A stretch of DNA of 64,000 bases, from positions 9,701-73,700 of the forward strand of contig RBZT01000266.1 in NCBI GenBank assembly GCA_003693705.1, read 5' to 3'. The first letter of the stretch is position 1. Every line of letters starts with the position of its first letter. Positions 46,530-59,284 of this stretch are shown piece after piece. The position numbers and the translations under genes are program-made. The notes beneath the pieces are model-generated. The model was not told where the DNA came from. It did not search any database and saw only the letters and a program-made list of their open reading frames with translations. This DNA is from Polymyxa betae A26-41. Its lineage: Eukaryota; Protista; Endomyxa: Phytomyxea.

Positions 46530-49500
46530 TTATACAATGTATGAGGGAGCGATGTTGACCTCCCTGATTGCCTCTATCTGTTTCTCATTTAGCTTATCTT
46601 GGACATCATGGAAATCGTCCTAAAACCACCGGTTATAGGATGTTTCGGACTGAAAGATCAACAGACCACGTGCAAATGGCGCCAGTTGATGAACGTTTCT
46701 CTGATACTATCACCGATAGGTGGCTTTTCATTAGCGTATGAAGCCAATGTATTTAGGACATCGCCAAGCCAATCAGGAATATCGTAGGCAGCAGCCCGTA
46801 CTAAACCGATTAAGCCTATCCAAAGAAATCAGCTCTAAAAAACACACCGATTCAATTCAAAGACCCAGAATGCCACCATGTCGTCTTGCAATCTGAACCT
46901 AAGCAAACTGAGCTGACAGTATTAACATCGCTTGAGTTGGTTACTTTGCCGTCAACTTGCCCGCCAACATCAATTAGTTGTTGGCACTTCAGAATAACCT
47001 CGGTTGTCTTTGGAAAGTCAAGCAATCTGGTATGTATATACAAGACAGTTAAGGTATCAGCAGCAGAATTCCGGCAGGTGATTTCCGGATCAGCTAACAG
47101 ATTACAAACACTCTAACAAGCATTGCCCATTAAACGAAACGATTCTCAATGGAAAAGAGTTCCTAACCATGTAAATATCTTGAACGCATTCCTTAGAGAG
47201 AAAATAGGAGTGTCTGGAGATTAATAAACGAGCAAGTTTTAACAAAGACGATTTCCCTCGAGATGAGAAATTCGGATCCTGACACTGACGAATTATCTTC
47301 GGCAAAATCTCGCATATGTCAGATTCGCTAAATCCGATCCAGCCAAGATAATGGGATGCCTTCTCAACGAAACTAAGCAACTCCGGATCAGTTTGCGAGA
47401 ACCCTGTCGCTAACACAGGAACGGCCAAATGGTTCAGTAAATTGCCGAAGACCATCATGCTTCCTTCTTGACATGATTCAATCATGAATAGGCAAAATAT
47501 CTCTAAGCATTGGCGAAGGGCATGGCAACCAGTAGAACAAATCTCCAGTACGTTCTCCAGAAACGTTACCAGGCATGAATGGTCAAGAACAAGAACGGGC
47601 TTGAGTGAAACCATTCTATTTTGGGAGTCTGGCTGAAATAAGCAACAAACTGAGTCGTGAATGACTTCTGACAGCGCTTGTCGAACGATGGCAGAATCAC
47701 GGAATTCGAACAATCCCTTATTGGCATTCAAAATTTGGCATGCAATATCCCGACACTGCCAGGTATACTCCAGAAGAAATCCCGAAAGAATTTCCAAAAA
47801 GAACTGAGCAAGAAGCGTCGGCTGTCCTTTTGTGAAGGCTTTAGCAACAGTTTCATCAACCAATGGGGACATCAGGCTAAAAGGCACTTGGGACGAAGCG
47901 AAGCGTAATGAAAGCAACCAATCAGGATACTACATGTGCATTAGCTCAAGGCACCAAATGATCGAACAACTGAAAAAACCAACCATTTCCGGTTCAATCT
48001 TATGTATGAAACTCCATATGAGCACTATCGTTTGCTCCTGAGCCTGGGAAGTATCAGCGACCTGGCCTAAGTTAAGAATAACACCGCAAAGGAGTTCAGC
48101 AAAGCAGGCTGAGCGTTCTTTATCGAGTCCCTCTTCAAGCGAAGCAGTCTGAAGATAGCCAAGAAACAGCGGCATCATGTCGACATTGCTTTCAAGCAAA
48201 GACTGCCACAGACGAACGTTCTCCAAGGAGAAATGAACACTGCCTCTGTTTGTTATTAAAGCCGAAAACTTCGCCTTTAACCTGAAAATTCTGAACATTT
48301 CAGATCGAATTTTGTCATTTTGATGTGTCCCATTCTTTTTACGGGACAGCGACTCTAGCAAAGCTGTGAAATGTTCTTGTATCCAAGGGTTCAGAACGGC
48401 TGAAACTGTTTCAGGGCGCAAGTTTTCACAAATGACTGATTCCACAACTTTGCTGCTGGATTCTTCAGCGCCGATAATGGGATGACCAGAAACATGATGA
48501 GTGCAACATAGAAGTAAAGGAAGAATGAAGATGGAGCATAGCTGCAGAGAGTGGTCGTCAGACAGCAAATTTTCTAAGTGGGATGAGAACACAGAACCAA
48601 GCTCGTGACTGTGGTTGGTAACAAGCATTGCATAGGCCAAAGATAGAGCCGCTATTTGATGCTTAGCGGGTAGCTTTCTCCCAATGAGGTCAAAGTATTG
48701 ATCAACGTCTTCTACAAGAGATCGACTTGAGCATTCCATCAAAGAATCAAATTGCAACATCCCCCAGTACGTTCTGAATACAACTTTAAGCTTTTGCTGG
48801 ACAGTAATATCATCAACAGTAGCAAAAGATGGCCAAATTTCAATCAAACTGTACAGATTTGATGCTTTGGAGCAGATATAAAGAGCTACCGTCGGGATCA
48901 GAAACAAACCGGCTATCTGCCGAACATAAGCATCGTGTAATCCCTTCAAATTCCTGGATACTTCAAATAGCTTTGCTGTAAAGCTTTGCATCTGAAAAAG
49001 ATGTTCACATTGCAGCATTATGCGTGAAATAGCGAGAAATGGACTAGAGCCGGCCATCAATATTTTCTCGTCGAGCAGATAGTTCAATACCTCCGAGGTT
49101 TGTGTGATACTAAAAAAGTAACTGAAGATCCCACTGAAGCGATCGCTGAGAATATTGCTTGTTGAATCGATTAATATCCTGCGAACAGAGCAGCGATGGT
49201 GCGTATGAAAATTCTTCTGCGATTCCAGCAATTTGGCATGCGCAAGCGATTGGGCAACAGTTTTTTCAAGAACGGGTTTGGATAAAACTCGAACCAAATC
49301 ACAGGCATGCTTGTAAATGGTAATTCGATCTTCTAAAACCTCCCTGCAACGAGACAGAAAGCAGAGCACTGCATCGTACAAATAGTCGCCGATGGTCTGG
49401 TTCAAGACCATAATAGGGACCAAGATATCCGATTGCCATGGATCAAGTTCGTGAAGCTCCGGAATCCGACATCTGCTTCTATTCAGCAACGTTGAGATAC

Positions 49501-51788
49501 CTCTAGCAACGGATTGCAGTGTTAAAAGTGAGCGAACGCATGTCTCAGTCGTTTTCCTAGTAACATGACCAGTTGTTAGAACGCAGACAGGATCTCTAAT
49601 GAATTCCTGGACGAACCCGGAAACAGCCTAGCGAATAATAAATCAACATAGAAAGAGTCCAGAGAAATGATAATACGTGCAATTCTTCTTTGGTAGGAAG
49701 GTGCCACGTGACGGCCAAACTAAATTCATTATCAGGCAAAAAAGCCTGACGGTGATCTTGAATGAACTGAAATGGGTAAACATCTGTTAGAGTCTTTAAA
49801 ATGTGTCTGATTATCTTGTTCGAATGGGACAGCCTGCCAATATTTTCGCTCGACAGGCCCAACTTGATAATCGGTAGAAGATCCGCGAGGTAAGGCAACA
49901 AGTGCGATCCAGTTTTCCGAATCAGACACGAGAGGTGATATAGAAGCCAATCAATTTCATTACCACTTGCAACACGAATGGAAGTGATAAAAAGAGGAAT
50001 ATAATGCGATAAAACCCAACTTGGTGAAGACATACTTGCAGCATTACACATAACTCCTAGAAGGCGGCGTGCATTCTCAATTCTCCTTGAGAAAATAAAA
50101 TCAAAGATATATTGAGAGCAAAGCCGATGCATTTCGGTAGGCAAAACCCTCAGAAATCCAACAAAGAACTCTTTGAAATCAGCTTTCATGGAAGCATCAA
50201 AAGAGGAATTCTTTGAATATTCCGGCATATTTTCACACAAATGAAACAGCTTTACCATCAGGTGAGGAGCCAACTGTTCAATAAAATCTTGATCGGAATC
50301 TTCGCATAAATTGAAGAACACTGCCATAAGGTTGATAGCAGCTCTGAGTTGGTTGGTATCGCTAGGATTAAGCGACTCTGCACAACAATAAACATGATCG
50401 TAAAACCAATCACATTGACGAAACGCTGGAAGAACATAAGCTGACAGTTTAAGGCACGCCAACCGCCGTTTTTGTGATGAAGTCGGTGAGCGCAACGTTA
50501 GATCAACGAATTGTAGAAACGACGGCTCCACAATCTCGGGCTCTAACTTCGAAAAGCATGAGTACATTTTAGCAATCGAGTGGACGAGAGTAAAGGAATT
50601 CGAATAGAGGGCTGGAGTACCCGATTTGATAAATTCTCTCAGTACTTGCTTGGAGAAATCGTCCGTTAGCTTCGGATGATTCGAACGAGTATCGTGTTTG
50701 AAACGCTGGGTGAAATGAATGGCAAAGGCCTCAAAGAAAGTCCCGAGTAAATTGCTCCAAGTACCGTAATTATTTGGATGCAAGTATGACGATATAAAAT
50801 GGAGAAAATGTTGGAGCATACTGAAATTGGAAGGACTGAGTGTGTAAGCGACCGTTTTGGCCATATCCCGAACGAGACCATTTTTTGAGCCTGAATATCT
50901 CCTCAGGAATTTCAGGTCATTGGGCCAGCTTTTGGTGTGCCCATAATCTGGTAACGGGTCTTTGTTATTTTGTTCAACGGCCAGGCCCAATGCCTGTACA
51001 AACGAAGAATAGAGAAGTGGCAAATAAGGGCCGAAGTCAAATACACCATGATGTGCACACCTGGAAAACATCTGAAACAGCACAGATTTGACAGCAGTGG
51101 ACTGGTTCATCCACTTCAAAGCGTTCAGCAATACTATCATCAGTTCTGGATCCGTGTCTTTCGTTGCATGCCGCTTGAAAGGCAGTAACAAAGAGAATAA
51201 TCCCAGAATTCGAAAAAACAGTCGATTATCTTTAAACAGGAAAGGTAGCAGCTGGTATTTGATTTCATTGTAGCTGTCATCGTGAAAATATTTCCTTGCT
51301 CGTACAGCCAGATTGCCTAAAGCGATTCTGTCCTCGTGACGAATGCCACATCCGAAAGTATCAGCAGCTCTCCAATTATCCACTTCTTCACAAACAGACC
51401 ACAATGTATTTAGCAATGGTCTATAGTCCAATAGCAGAGATTCTGGTGGCAAAGAAGGCTTAAGTTTCAACAGCTTGTAGCAAGTTGTAGTTACTCTCAG
51501 CCGTAGACCCAATCCTGAGCTGAAAGCGTTATTATACAGAATATTAATAAGCGCTATTCTATGCGATTGATTGAAGATCAATTCCGAGTTCGTAAGTTCG
51601 TTCACAAAAGCCAGATATCGGTCGATCACGAAAAAATCCGACGACTGGTTCAGAAGACCAGGCAAATTCTCAATTAACCAGATCATGACCGTCTCCGAAT
51701 AACCAGACAGCGAGCCGACAAGTTCAGCTGGCATATTGCACAAATGCTCCGATGGGCAGATGCCGCCGTCATCGAGCTCGCCAGACAT
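46530..51788 (-). CDS. PSME4: Proteasome activator PA200/Blm10
   Basis: SYLHPNNYGTWS motif, long HEAT-like body, C-terminal YDIPDWL...FINWRHLH...APSYIV; two very long exons. Confidence 0.8.
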
Positions 51789-52215
51789 TGCTCCAGGCGG
51801 CGCTGATCTCAACAGTCTTCACAAATGCTGGTGCGTTGCGTAGAAATAATTTACCCACAATGAACCTTTAAAGTGGAGGTGAATGTCCACATGTTTGGAC
51901 TTGTCACACCATGAGCCCATGTCCAAACTATAGAGACAGAGCGTCGCCGTTTTTGCAACTGCCAAGCGGGGGTTTATGTTACATCCACTATTCTGTCTAT
52001 TATGTGTCTTAAATTCTCTTCATTTAATAGTATTGCAAGCTGTGTTGCCTGCATTTATTAATCTATTGAGGCAATGAGAGGGTAGTTCCGGCTGGAAGCG
52101 CGATGTTGCCAGGGAAAGATTCTGGATCGAAATCGATCTGCGGTTCGTACTTGGAATGAAAAGGTGGCGGTTGCCAGCAATGGATATCTGGCAGCGGAAT
52201 CGATGCTGAGCGATT

Positions 52216-53573
52216 ATGGATCAGCAAAGGCCACCGATTCGTATCCCCCGGCTGAATACAGCCGATGCTCAGCGAGAACGCTCACAGGCCTATCGTAGCC
52301 CCAGCGCTAGCAGCAGCACGTCGATGTAAAAATTTGATTAAGACTTGCCATTTCATACAAGCATTTTGCTAAGACCGATCATATAGACATTTGCCATTCG
52401 CATCAGCGCGATCAAACGTTTATCTATCTACAGCTCGACCAGGCTACATTCGGCGTCCTCGTACTCAAAATCAATATCAGAAAAGGTATCCTAGGGTTTT
52501 TTGAGAACAATTTAGCGAATTTACGAATGGGAGTTCAGCTTAATGTTCGGACTCAGTGTTGCAACACCTGGGGTTAAACCATTACTGTTGCAGCAGATCG
52601 AGGAACATTTTCAAAAGGCCAGCATGCCTGAATACAAAGGAATAGGGGAACGGCGCCTCCGAATCTTTCAGGATGGACTTGACATGTTTATTAATGCCTT
52701 TGGCGTTTATAAACCTGTCCTAAGTCGCATAAAATGTGAATACCAAGCATTGTTTGAAGCATTTGCAAAACGAATCCAATACATTCCTCAACTTAAATCG
52801 CGACTCATGACGATGAAAGATGATGCTAATGCAAAGATCTGCGCAATGGCAGCTCAGTATAAAAAGGAGAAGGTAAACGCAGCCTGCGGGCGCATAGCAA
52901 GTCACTTTAATTATTTTTCTAGGCAGAGCTGGAATGTAGAGTTGCCATGCAGACCACCCTGTGTGGATCTCATCTGGAAGAAATAGCATCTCTCAAAGGT
53001 GAAGTTACCGCACTTCAGAAAGCAAAAGAGAAGCTTCGAATCGAGCGCGATGCGGAATGCGAAACCAAAAAAACACTGGCGACTGCTCTTGACAGATACA
53101 GAGCCATGCTGGACGAAGCTAATGCTGATGTCAGTGAAACATTCCAAACATAATGCGATGCTAAAATGCCAAGTAGAAAATGCAGTCAACACGAGCTGTC
53201 GTGGCAGCTAATCAAAAGGCATCAAATTACCAAGTACAACTGAAGATTCTCGATACTTACCTTTCTGACTCCATGCCCTAGATGTCTTACGAGACAGTTC
53301 TTGCAGATCTCGACGCCGCTAATCACAAACTGGAAGATTTACAAAAGCGAGTCTACTCAAACGAAGCGGTGAAGCTGGCGAAAGATCTTCACCGTGCTAT
53401 AGCGAGGACAAGTCGGCTCGAATCCGAATTCCTGCGCGTTCTAGATTTATACGAAAGGGCTGTAGGTAAACGAGCTGAGGTTGATCGTAGAGTGAGTACT
53501 TGCCATGCTCTGATTATGCTTCCATTCCTGACCTGCGTCTATCCAGATTTTAAGTGATCTGAGGAGATCATAA
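52216..53573 (+). CDS. TSNAXIP1-like coiled-coil protein
   Basis: RRLRIFQDGLDMFINAFGVYKPVLSRIKCEY resembles the TSNAXIP1 N-domain; boundaries approximate. Confidence 0.6.
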
Positions 53574-53746
53574 GAATTTTAATTTCGCAGATCCTTGATA
53601 ATGGATTTTTCCAATCTACTACAAGCCAAAACCTAGCATTGTTAAGCCTGAATCGCTGACAATAGATAGATTTATTATATATTATATAATATTAATTGTG
53701 GCAGATATGTAATGAGCATGAACAGAAATAGAACACCAAATCAATT

Positions 53747-55738
53747 TCATGTTAGCGAATCTGTCGTGAAGCATTCGTCCAAGAAGCGAGTTGTGATTTC
53801 GGACCACTTCTCATCGACCAGCTTACAACAATCGATAGACATAATGGTCTGATCTATTATGTTTCTTACTGGTTCGCATGAAATTTCTTTTTCACATTGA
53901 ATTGTAGCAATCTGCCGATAGAACGACACCGTTTCTGATATTGGCTGCTGAAGCGGCTTTGCCATCGAAGGCTGGCAGAATCCTTTGACTCTTCGGATGC
54001 TCGACGTCCTCCATAATGATTTTAGCGGATCGAATAAGGCAAGAGAAGTTTCGCATTCCTGCGGTTCAACCGCAGCAGAATTAATTTTTTGAATGGCCGG
54101 CAACCGAAAAATAAGATACGGTCGATACAAAGGCAAGTTGTCATTTATCGGGTTGTTGGCGACCTCAATCTCATTTAAATCACGAAAGACGGAAAGCGTA
54201 TCTAACTAAAGATCGACTCAGACACAATTGGACACCAAATGCAATGTTATATGTACCTGATAGAATGTGTGAAGATCATTCTCACTGAACGATAGTTTCT
54301 TCAACAAAGGAAGGGAATCGCGGACAGAAACAAAATAGGAAGAGCAGCAGTTGAAGTCTATATAGTGAAAAGAAATTGAAACAATATTGGCATATCTTCC
54401 AGACATTAACACTTCTAAACAAGGACCAAAAATGCAAAGTTGGCCTTTTTTGCTGAGGAACTCGTGAAAAGACGGTGAAGCTTTCGAACTGGACGGCAGA
54501 AGAGTCCTTTGCATCCATGTTGTTCTTACAGCATCAACGAGATCCAATCTCTCTCCATTAAACGGAATATAATTAGACAACCTTGTTGATTTGGAACCCC
54601 TAGTGCTATCTCTCGCCGTTCTCTCAGTAAATCCTCCCTCGATTTTCGGTGAGAACAGGCTCAATACTTTGAGAAGACGTCTTTCATCTGCATTAATGCG
54701 GTGCCCATCGAGAACCTTTAATTTTGGGTATTGCCCCAATACCAACGAACGGTACTGCGGATTAGATCCGTCTGCAACAGGATTGCCATCAAGAGAGAGC
54801 TCAGCTAAAGATTGAAGACTTGCTACAGCTCGAATTGAAGCTAAATCCACGATCCTATTATGTGAGAGGAACAATCTGGACAAAGTGGATAGGCTCAGGA
54901 TTTTGTCATCGATCTGAGAGATGTTATTCCTTCTCAAATTGAGCTCGGTCAAAGAGGCCAGCTTAGAGAGGTTTTCCACATCTGCTATGGTATTGCCAGC
55001 GAGATTCAAACTAAACAGATTGTCAGTTTACCATGGAGCATTGCCGACAGTGACCTACACGCGAAGATCGATAAGAGCTTCGATGCCGGATATATTTTCA
55101 ATCAGATTCGAGTGAAGATCCAGAACGTCAAGTTTTTGCAGCGCTGAGAGGTTATCAACGTGCTTGATCAAGTTTCTACCAAGCATCAAAACCCTTAATG
55201 ACGGCAAACAATCCAGCCCTGAGATATGCCTTATCTGGTTGTTATACAGATCCAAAAAAATTAAATTCGGAAGATGATTGAGATTTGAAATCTCCTTGAT
55301 CGCATTATTTTCGAGATTAAGCAATCGCAACCGGGTTTCCTCTTGAAGAACTGGACAACTCGTGAAATTCCTTCGATCGAGATTGATTCTTTCTGGGTTA
55401 GCCTCACGCGCTGCTACGTGACGGTAGATAATATGACATTCGACCTTATTCGGATCCATCGTCAAGATTATACCATCATTCTGATGGTTTTCCTGGGGTT
55501 TACTCCCTTCAGAGGTGCGATTCTGCTGAGCCCTATCATAGGATCTGATGCTCATAGCAGATTCTGGCCGTTTCGTCCAGGTTAGTCTCGGTCGGACCGA
55601 AGCGGATCGCGCTCGACCTGTTGTCGGTTGTTCGGGCATCGGCGTCTTTAGCGACGACACGACCAGCCATTCATTCTTGAAGACATTGGACTGAGAACTT
55701 CTGCGTCCTGTCCGAGATGAAGACCTGGACCAAGACAT
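53747..55738 (-). CDS. LRRC49: SDS22-like LRR protein, LRRC49-like (tubulin polyglutamylase complex)
   Basis: NPERINLDRRNFTSCP...LRLLNL, LIFLDLYNNQI, LRVLMLGRN, LDVLDLHSN, LTELNLRRN, LSRLFLSHN; LRR cap YR..VL..L..LDG. Confidence 0.75.
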
Positions 55739-56207
55739 TAGCCATGCTCTATATCAATGAATGCTATCTCCATTGAAGGTGGCAGACAGGTTGCTCCACC
55801 TATGCGATAGTATCGTAAGCGAACATTGCTTTCGCCCTCTTCATAAGTACAGTAGCAACTATCGATAAGCAATTCTCTGACATCAGAACATGGATGAGCA
55901 GCAAATAGATGATGGCGCGCTAAATAAAGTGGAATGCAGTTGTCGCGGTGTTAGCAACGGAAGGCTTCCATCCAGAATTAATAAAGTGCATATGTGAACA
56001 ATCTAGTTTAGCAGCCCAGCTCGCACACTTTCCCTATTCGATCTTCGAATCTCATTGAAGGGATGGATTCAGTTGGCAAGAAGCGATTATCAAAAATTCG
56101 TATAGATAGACCGCGGGGCCAGGCGACGTTTTGTGACGCCGTCACGTTAGCACCCTGCGACGTCCGTCATTAGCAGAATAGATCCATCATAGATACATTC
56201 CTAGATC

Positions 56208-59200
56208 ATGGCTCGCGTCGCCGAGCGTCTTATCCTGCTTAACGATGCCACTCAGGGCCTGATGGCTCGTGTTCATTATCTGATGTCCTTCGAAAAGCCG
56301 GCCGTTCTGGACAGCCAGATGGATAAAGTCTGCCAGAGATTTGTGAAGAAATTCCCGGATTTTCAAGTTAATGCTATAGAGAAAGTCTGCTGATGAAACA
56401 GTTCTGTTTTTATTCCTATTGATACTTATTTAGGGACCGGCCTATAATCTGTTTAAACAACATGCTACTGAAGTGCATAGTTCGCTGTATTCATACTATT
56501 ACACCTTGGTCGATGTGGCCCACATCAAAGATGAGAGCCTGAAATTGCTCAATGATGTTGCAAGCGATATGCTCGACCTTACTGTGAGAATTATATCGAA
56601 TCAGCAATCGTCCTTTTTTTTATTTTCATAGTTCGATGTCATGCGCGACTTAACAATCTGGTTTATGGATTTGCTCACGAACATAGTTCAGTTACTACTT
56701 TTAGTCGACCGACTTGATGACCGTAAAGAGTTCATTATCATCTTCGCCTACGCGTTCTACTTTACCCAATCGACCTATGAACCCAACTATCAAAAGTAAT
56801 TCAGAGTGTGACAACTACACGACTTTAATGCCAGTATAGGCTATCGAAGTTCTTAATTGATTGTTCGAGTCCCATTCGTCAATTACAGGATGACTGCGAA
56901 CAAATCTCTCATCGTGTTATTCACACGCTTTTAGCTTTGTCGCCGAGATTCGTAGAGAATTGTCAGCTGACAGTAATACGCGATAAGGGGTATCTAAATC
57001 TTTGTGATGCTCCTGATCATCTTTCTAAATCTGCCTGGTAAGGTGCTGCAGATACGCTTTTACAATGTTAATGACTTCAATTATTAAGTTCCGATCTATA
57101 TTTTGAATTGCAAAATGTGGAACGATTCCGTAAATGGATCTTGTACGGGTTTGTCGTCGTTCCAAGCGCTTTGGAGAAAGATGAAGTTCGCGATGTGATT
57201 CGTTTAGCTTTGCAGTTTGGGCTTGTGATTCCAATGTATCGTGATCAGTTGATAAACGTTCATGAATTGTATGGCGGTTTGTTTACTTCACCAACTTTCA
57301 AGAAACTCAAATTGTCGAAATCGAAAGAGGTTTGTTAATAACGACCATTTCCAAATTTTGCTTTTCAATATCGTTAGATAACTAAGTCGGCATTTACTCA
57401 TGCTGTGAATGAATCGGTAGCGGAACATGCTGAATCACGACGTTTTCTCCGAGCAACAATTTCGGTCTTCACTTCGCTTCTAAATGCAGCTCCAAGCCTT
57501 TTAGCACCCAAGTTTCCTGTACTCCTTGCTGCTATCTCTCTTTGCAGGCAAGAAATTTTCTGGTAAGATTTTCTAAATATTCCAAGGATTGCCAATCTGT
57601 TGCTTATCGGCCTCATTGGTTCTTGTTGAGTTACCTCATACTCAATATATGTTTCAGGTATTTCTCGCATCTTAGCGCTCGGAATCCCATACAGAAAGAT
57701 TGGAGCAAATGGTCTCAGCTGGAAGGATTCGATGATGAGTATATTGGCGAACTGCTGTTCCATGTCAACTCTTTGGTCACATTGGCAACTGCCCGCTCTG
57801 ATATCATCAAGGAATACTACCTTACCTATTTGCGCCAAGGCAAGGCCTTCCGTTGGATTCCACAAAGGAGTTTAATTTGTTGTAGGAATCGACACCCTGC
57901 TTGGTCTTGCAGAAGAGTTAAAGAAAGATACGAGGCTATCTAATTATTCGGCAAATCTTTTGCAAGCTGTCGTCGATTTTAAAAGCGAGAATGAATCCTT
58001 TGAGGCTTTTGTTATGAATTGTCATCGATTATCGGCACAGCTTATGTCTGCTCAAGCTGGGAGTCGCAATCCTGCTACCAAGGCTTTGATCCTCCATTTA
58101 AACTCGATCATTTTTAGGTAAAGACTTGTCTCAATGAGAAGCGAAGTTTGTTTATAATCTTTAGGGCACAATGCGTCGATCTGCTACCCAACCTTCTAAA
58201 GACCTATGGCTCCTTGTCTCAACTGTATTACTTTGATACAGAAGTATTTCTGGTGGTATTCTGTTGCTTGATCTCTAACCATGACTCTAGCTTAAGGAAG
58301 CATTCACTCTGTGTTTGCGTAGTCGAGGACACATACCCCGTTACTGCATGTCATTTCTTTCTATTTATGCGGATGCTAAAGATAACCAGCACCGGTTCTG
58401 TCCCGAAGAAAATGCCTTGATTGCTTCAGGTGATACTCCTGATTCCTTACGATTTCATATATAACGATACACTCTTAGACTCTATCAGATTAGCTGAGGA
58501 AGGCCTGATTGACATTTCCAATGCAGTCTCGAGCTGCCTTCGGACTCTCTCTAGTAACCTCTTGCAAATCGCTACTGAGGTAACAGCCACTATCTTGACA
58601 ATGGACGTGATTGTCTGAGTTTTGTTCAGGGAAATGATGTTGACCATCGATCCATTTCCGAGTCGCATCCACTGGATGAAGTCTTTCGAAGCATCGAATG
58701 TTCACGTCAGCTGTGTGCTAATTTATGTACAGCAATTCGTGGACATCAGGCGATTCGAGTGTATGATCATCAGCTATGTTCAGGTCCATATTATCATTGC
58801 TCTCCATCTGTTAGTTTTTCATTAAACCAATAGGCCAATATCTGGCTCAAGCTCTCAGAGCCACTTTAAAGGAGATTTTTCGAGCTGCAGCGTTATCATC
58901 CAGCGGTGTGGAGATTCCGAGCAAATTCCGCTTTAAATCCAAAGTTATTTTCCGAGCTCTTCAAGTCCGTCTTGTTGTCTTCTGTAATTGTTGCTCACAT
59001 TGGCCCAGGAAATCCAAGCTCATATCGATATCGGAACCGAATCATTGTTTAAAGAAGGTAACAAGTTTGGTTGAATGTTCATTTTAAAGCTAAGCAGACT
59101 TCTCTATGGTAGTATTGACAGAAGAGCTCCAAGAATCCAAGAAATCCGATTCCGATCCAGTGCCAGTTCCTGGGCAAACGACCGCTGTCAATTAATGACG

Positions 59201-59253
59201 TAACATTGTAGGTATCTGGCGGGCAATTATCAATTCTGGAATTGCATGCGCAA
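56208..59253 (+). CDS. NCKAP1: Nap1/NCKAP1 (HEM) subunit of the SCAR/WAVE complex, apparently lacking its C-terminal third
   Basis: MARVAERLILLNDATQGLMARVHY, FVKKFP, YYYTLVDV, KWILYGF, PSLLAPKF; 3' end uncertain. Confidence 0.8.
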
Positions 59254-59284
59254 TGTGCTAACCCAATGAAAATAAACACAATAT

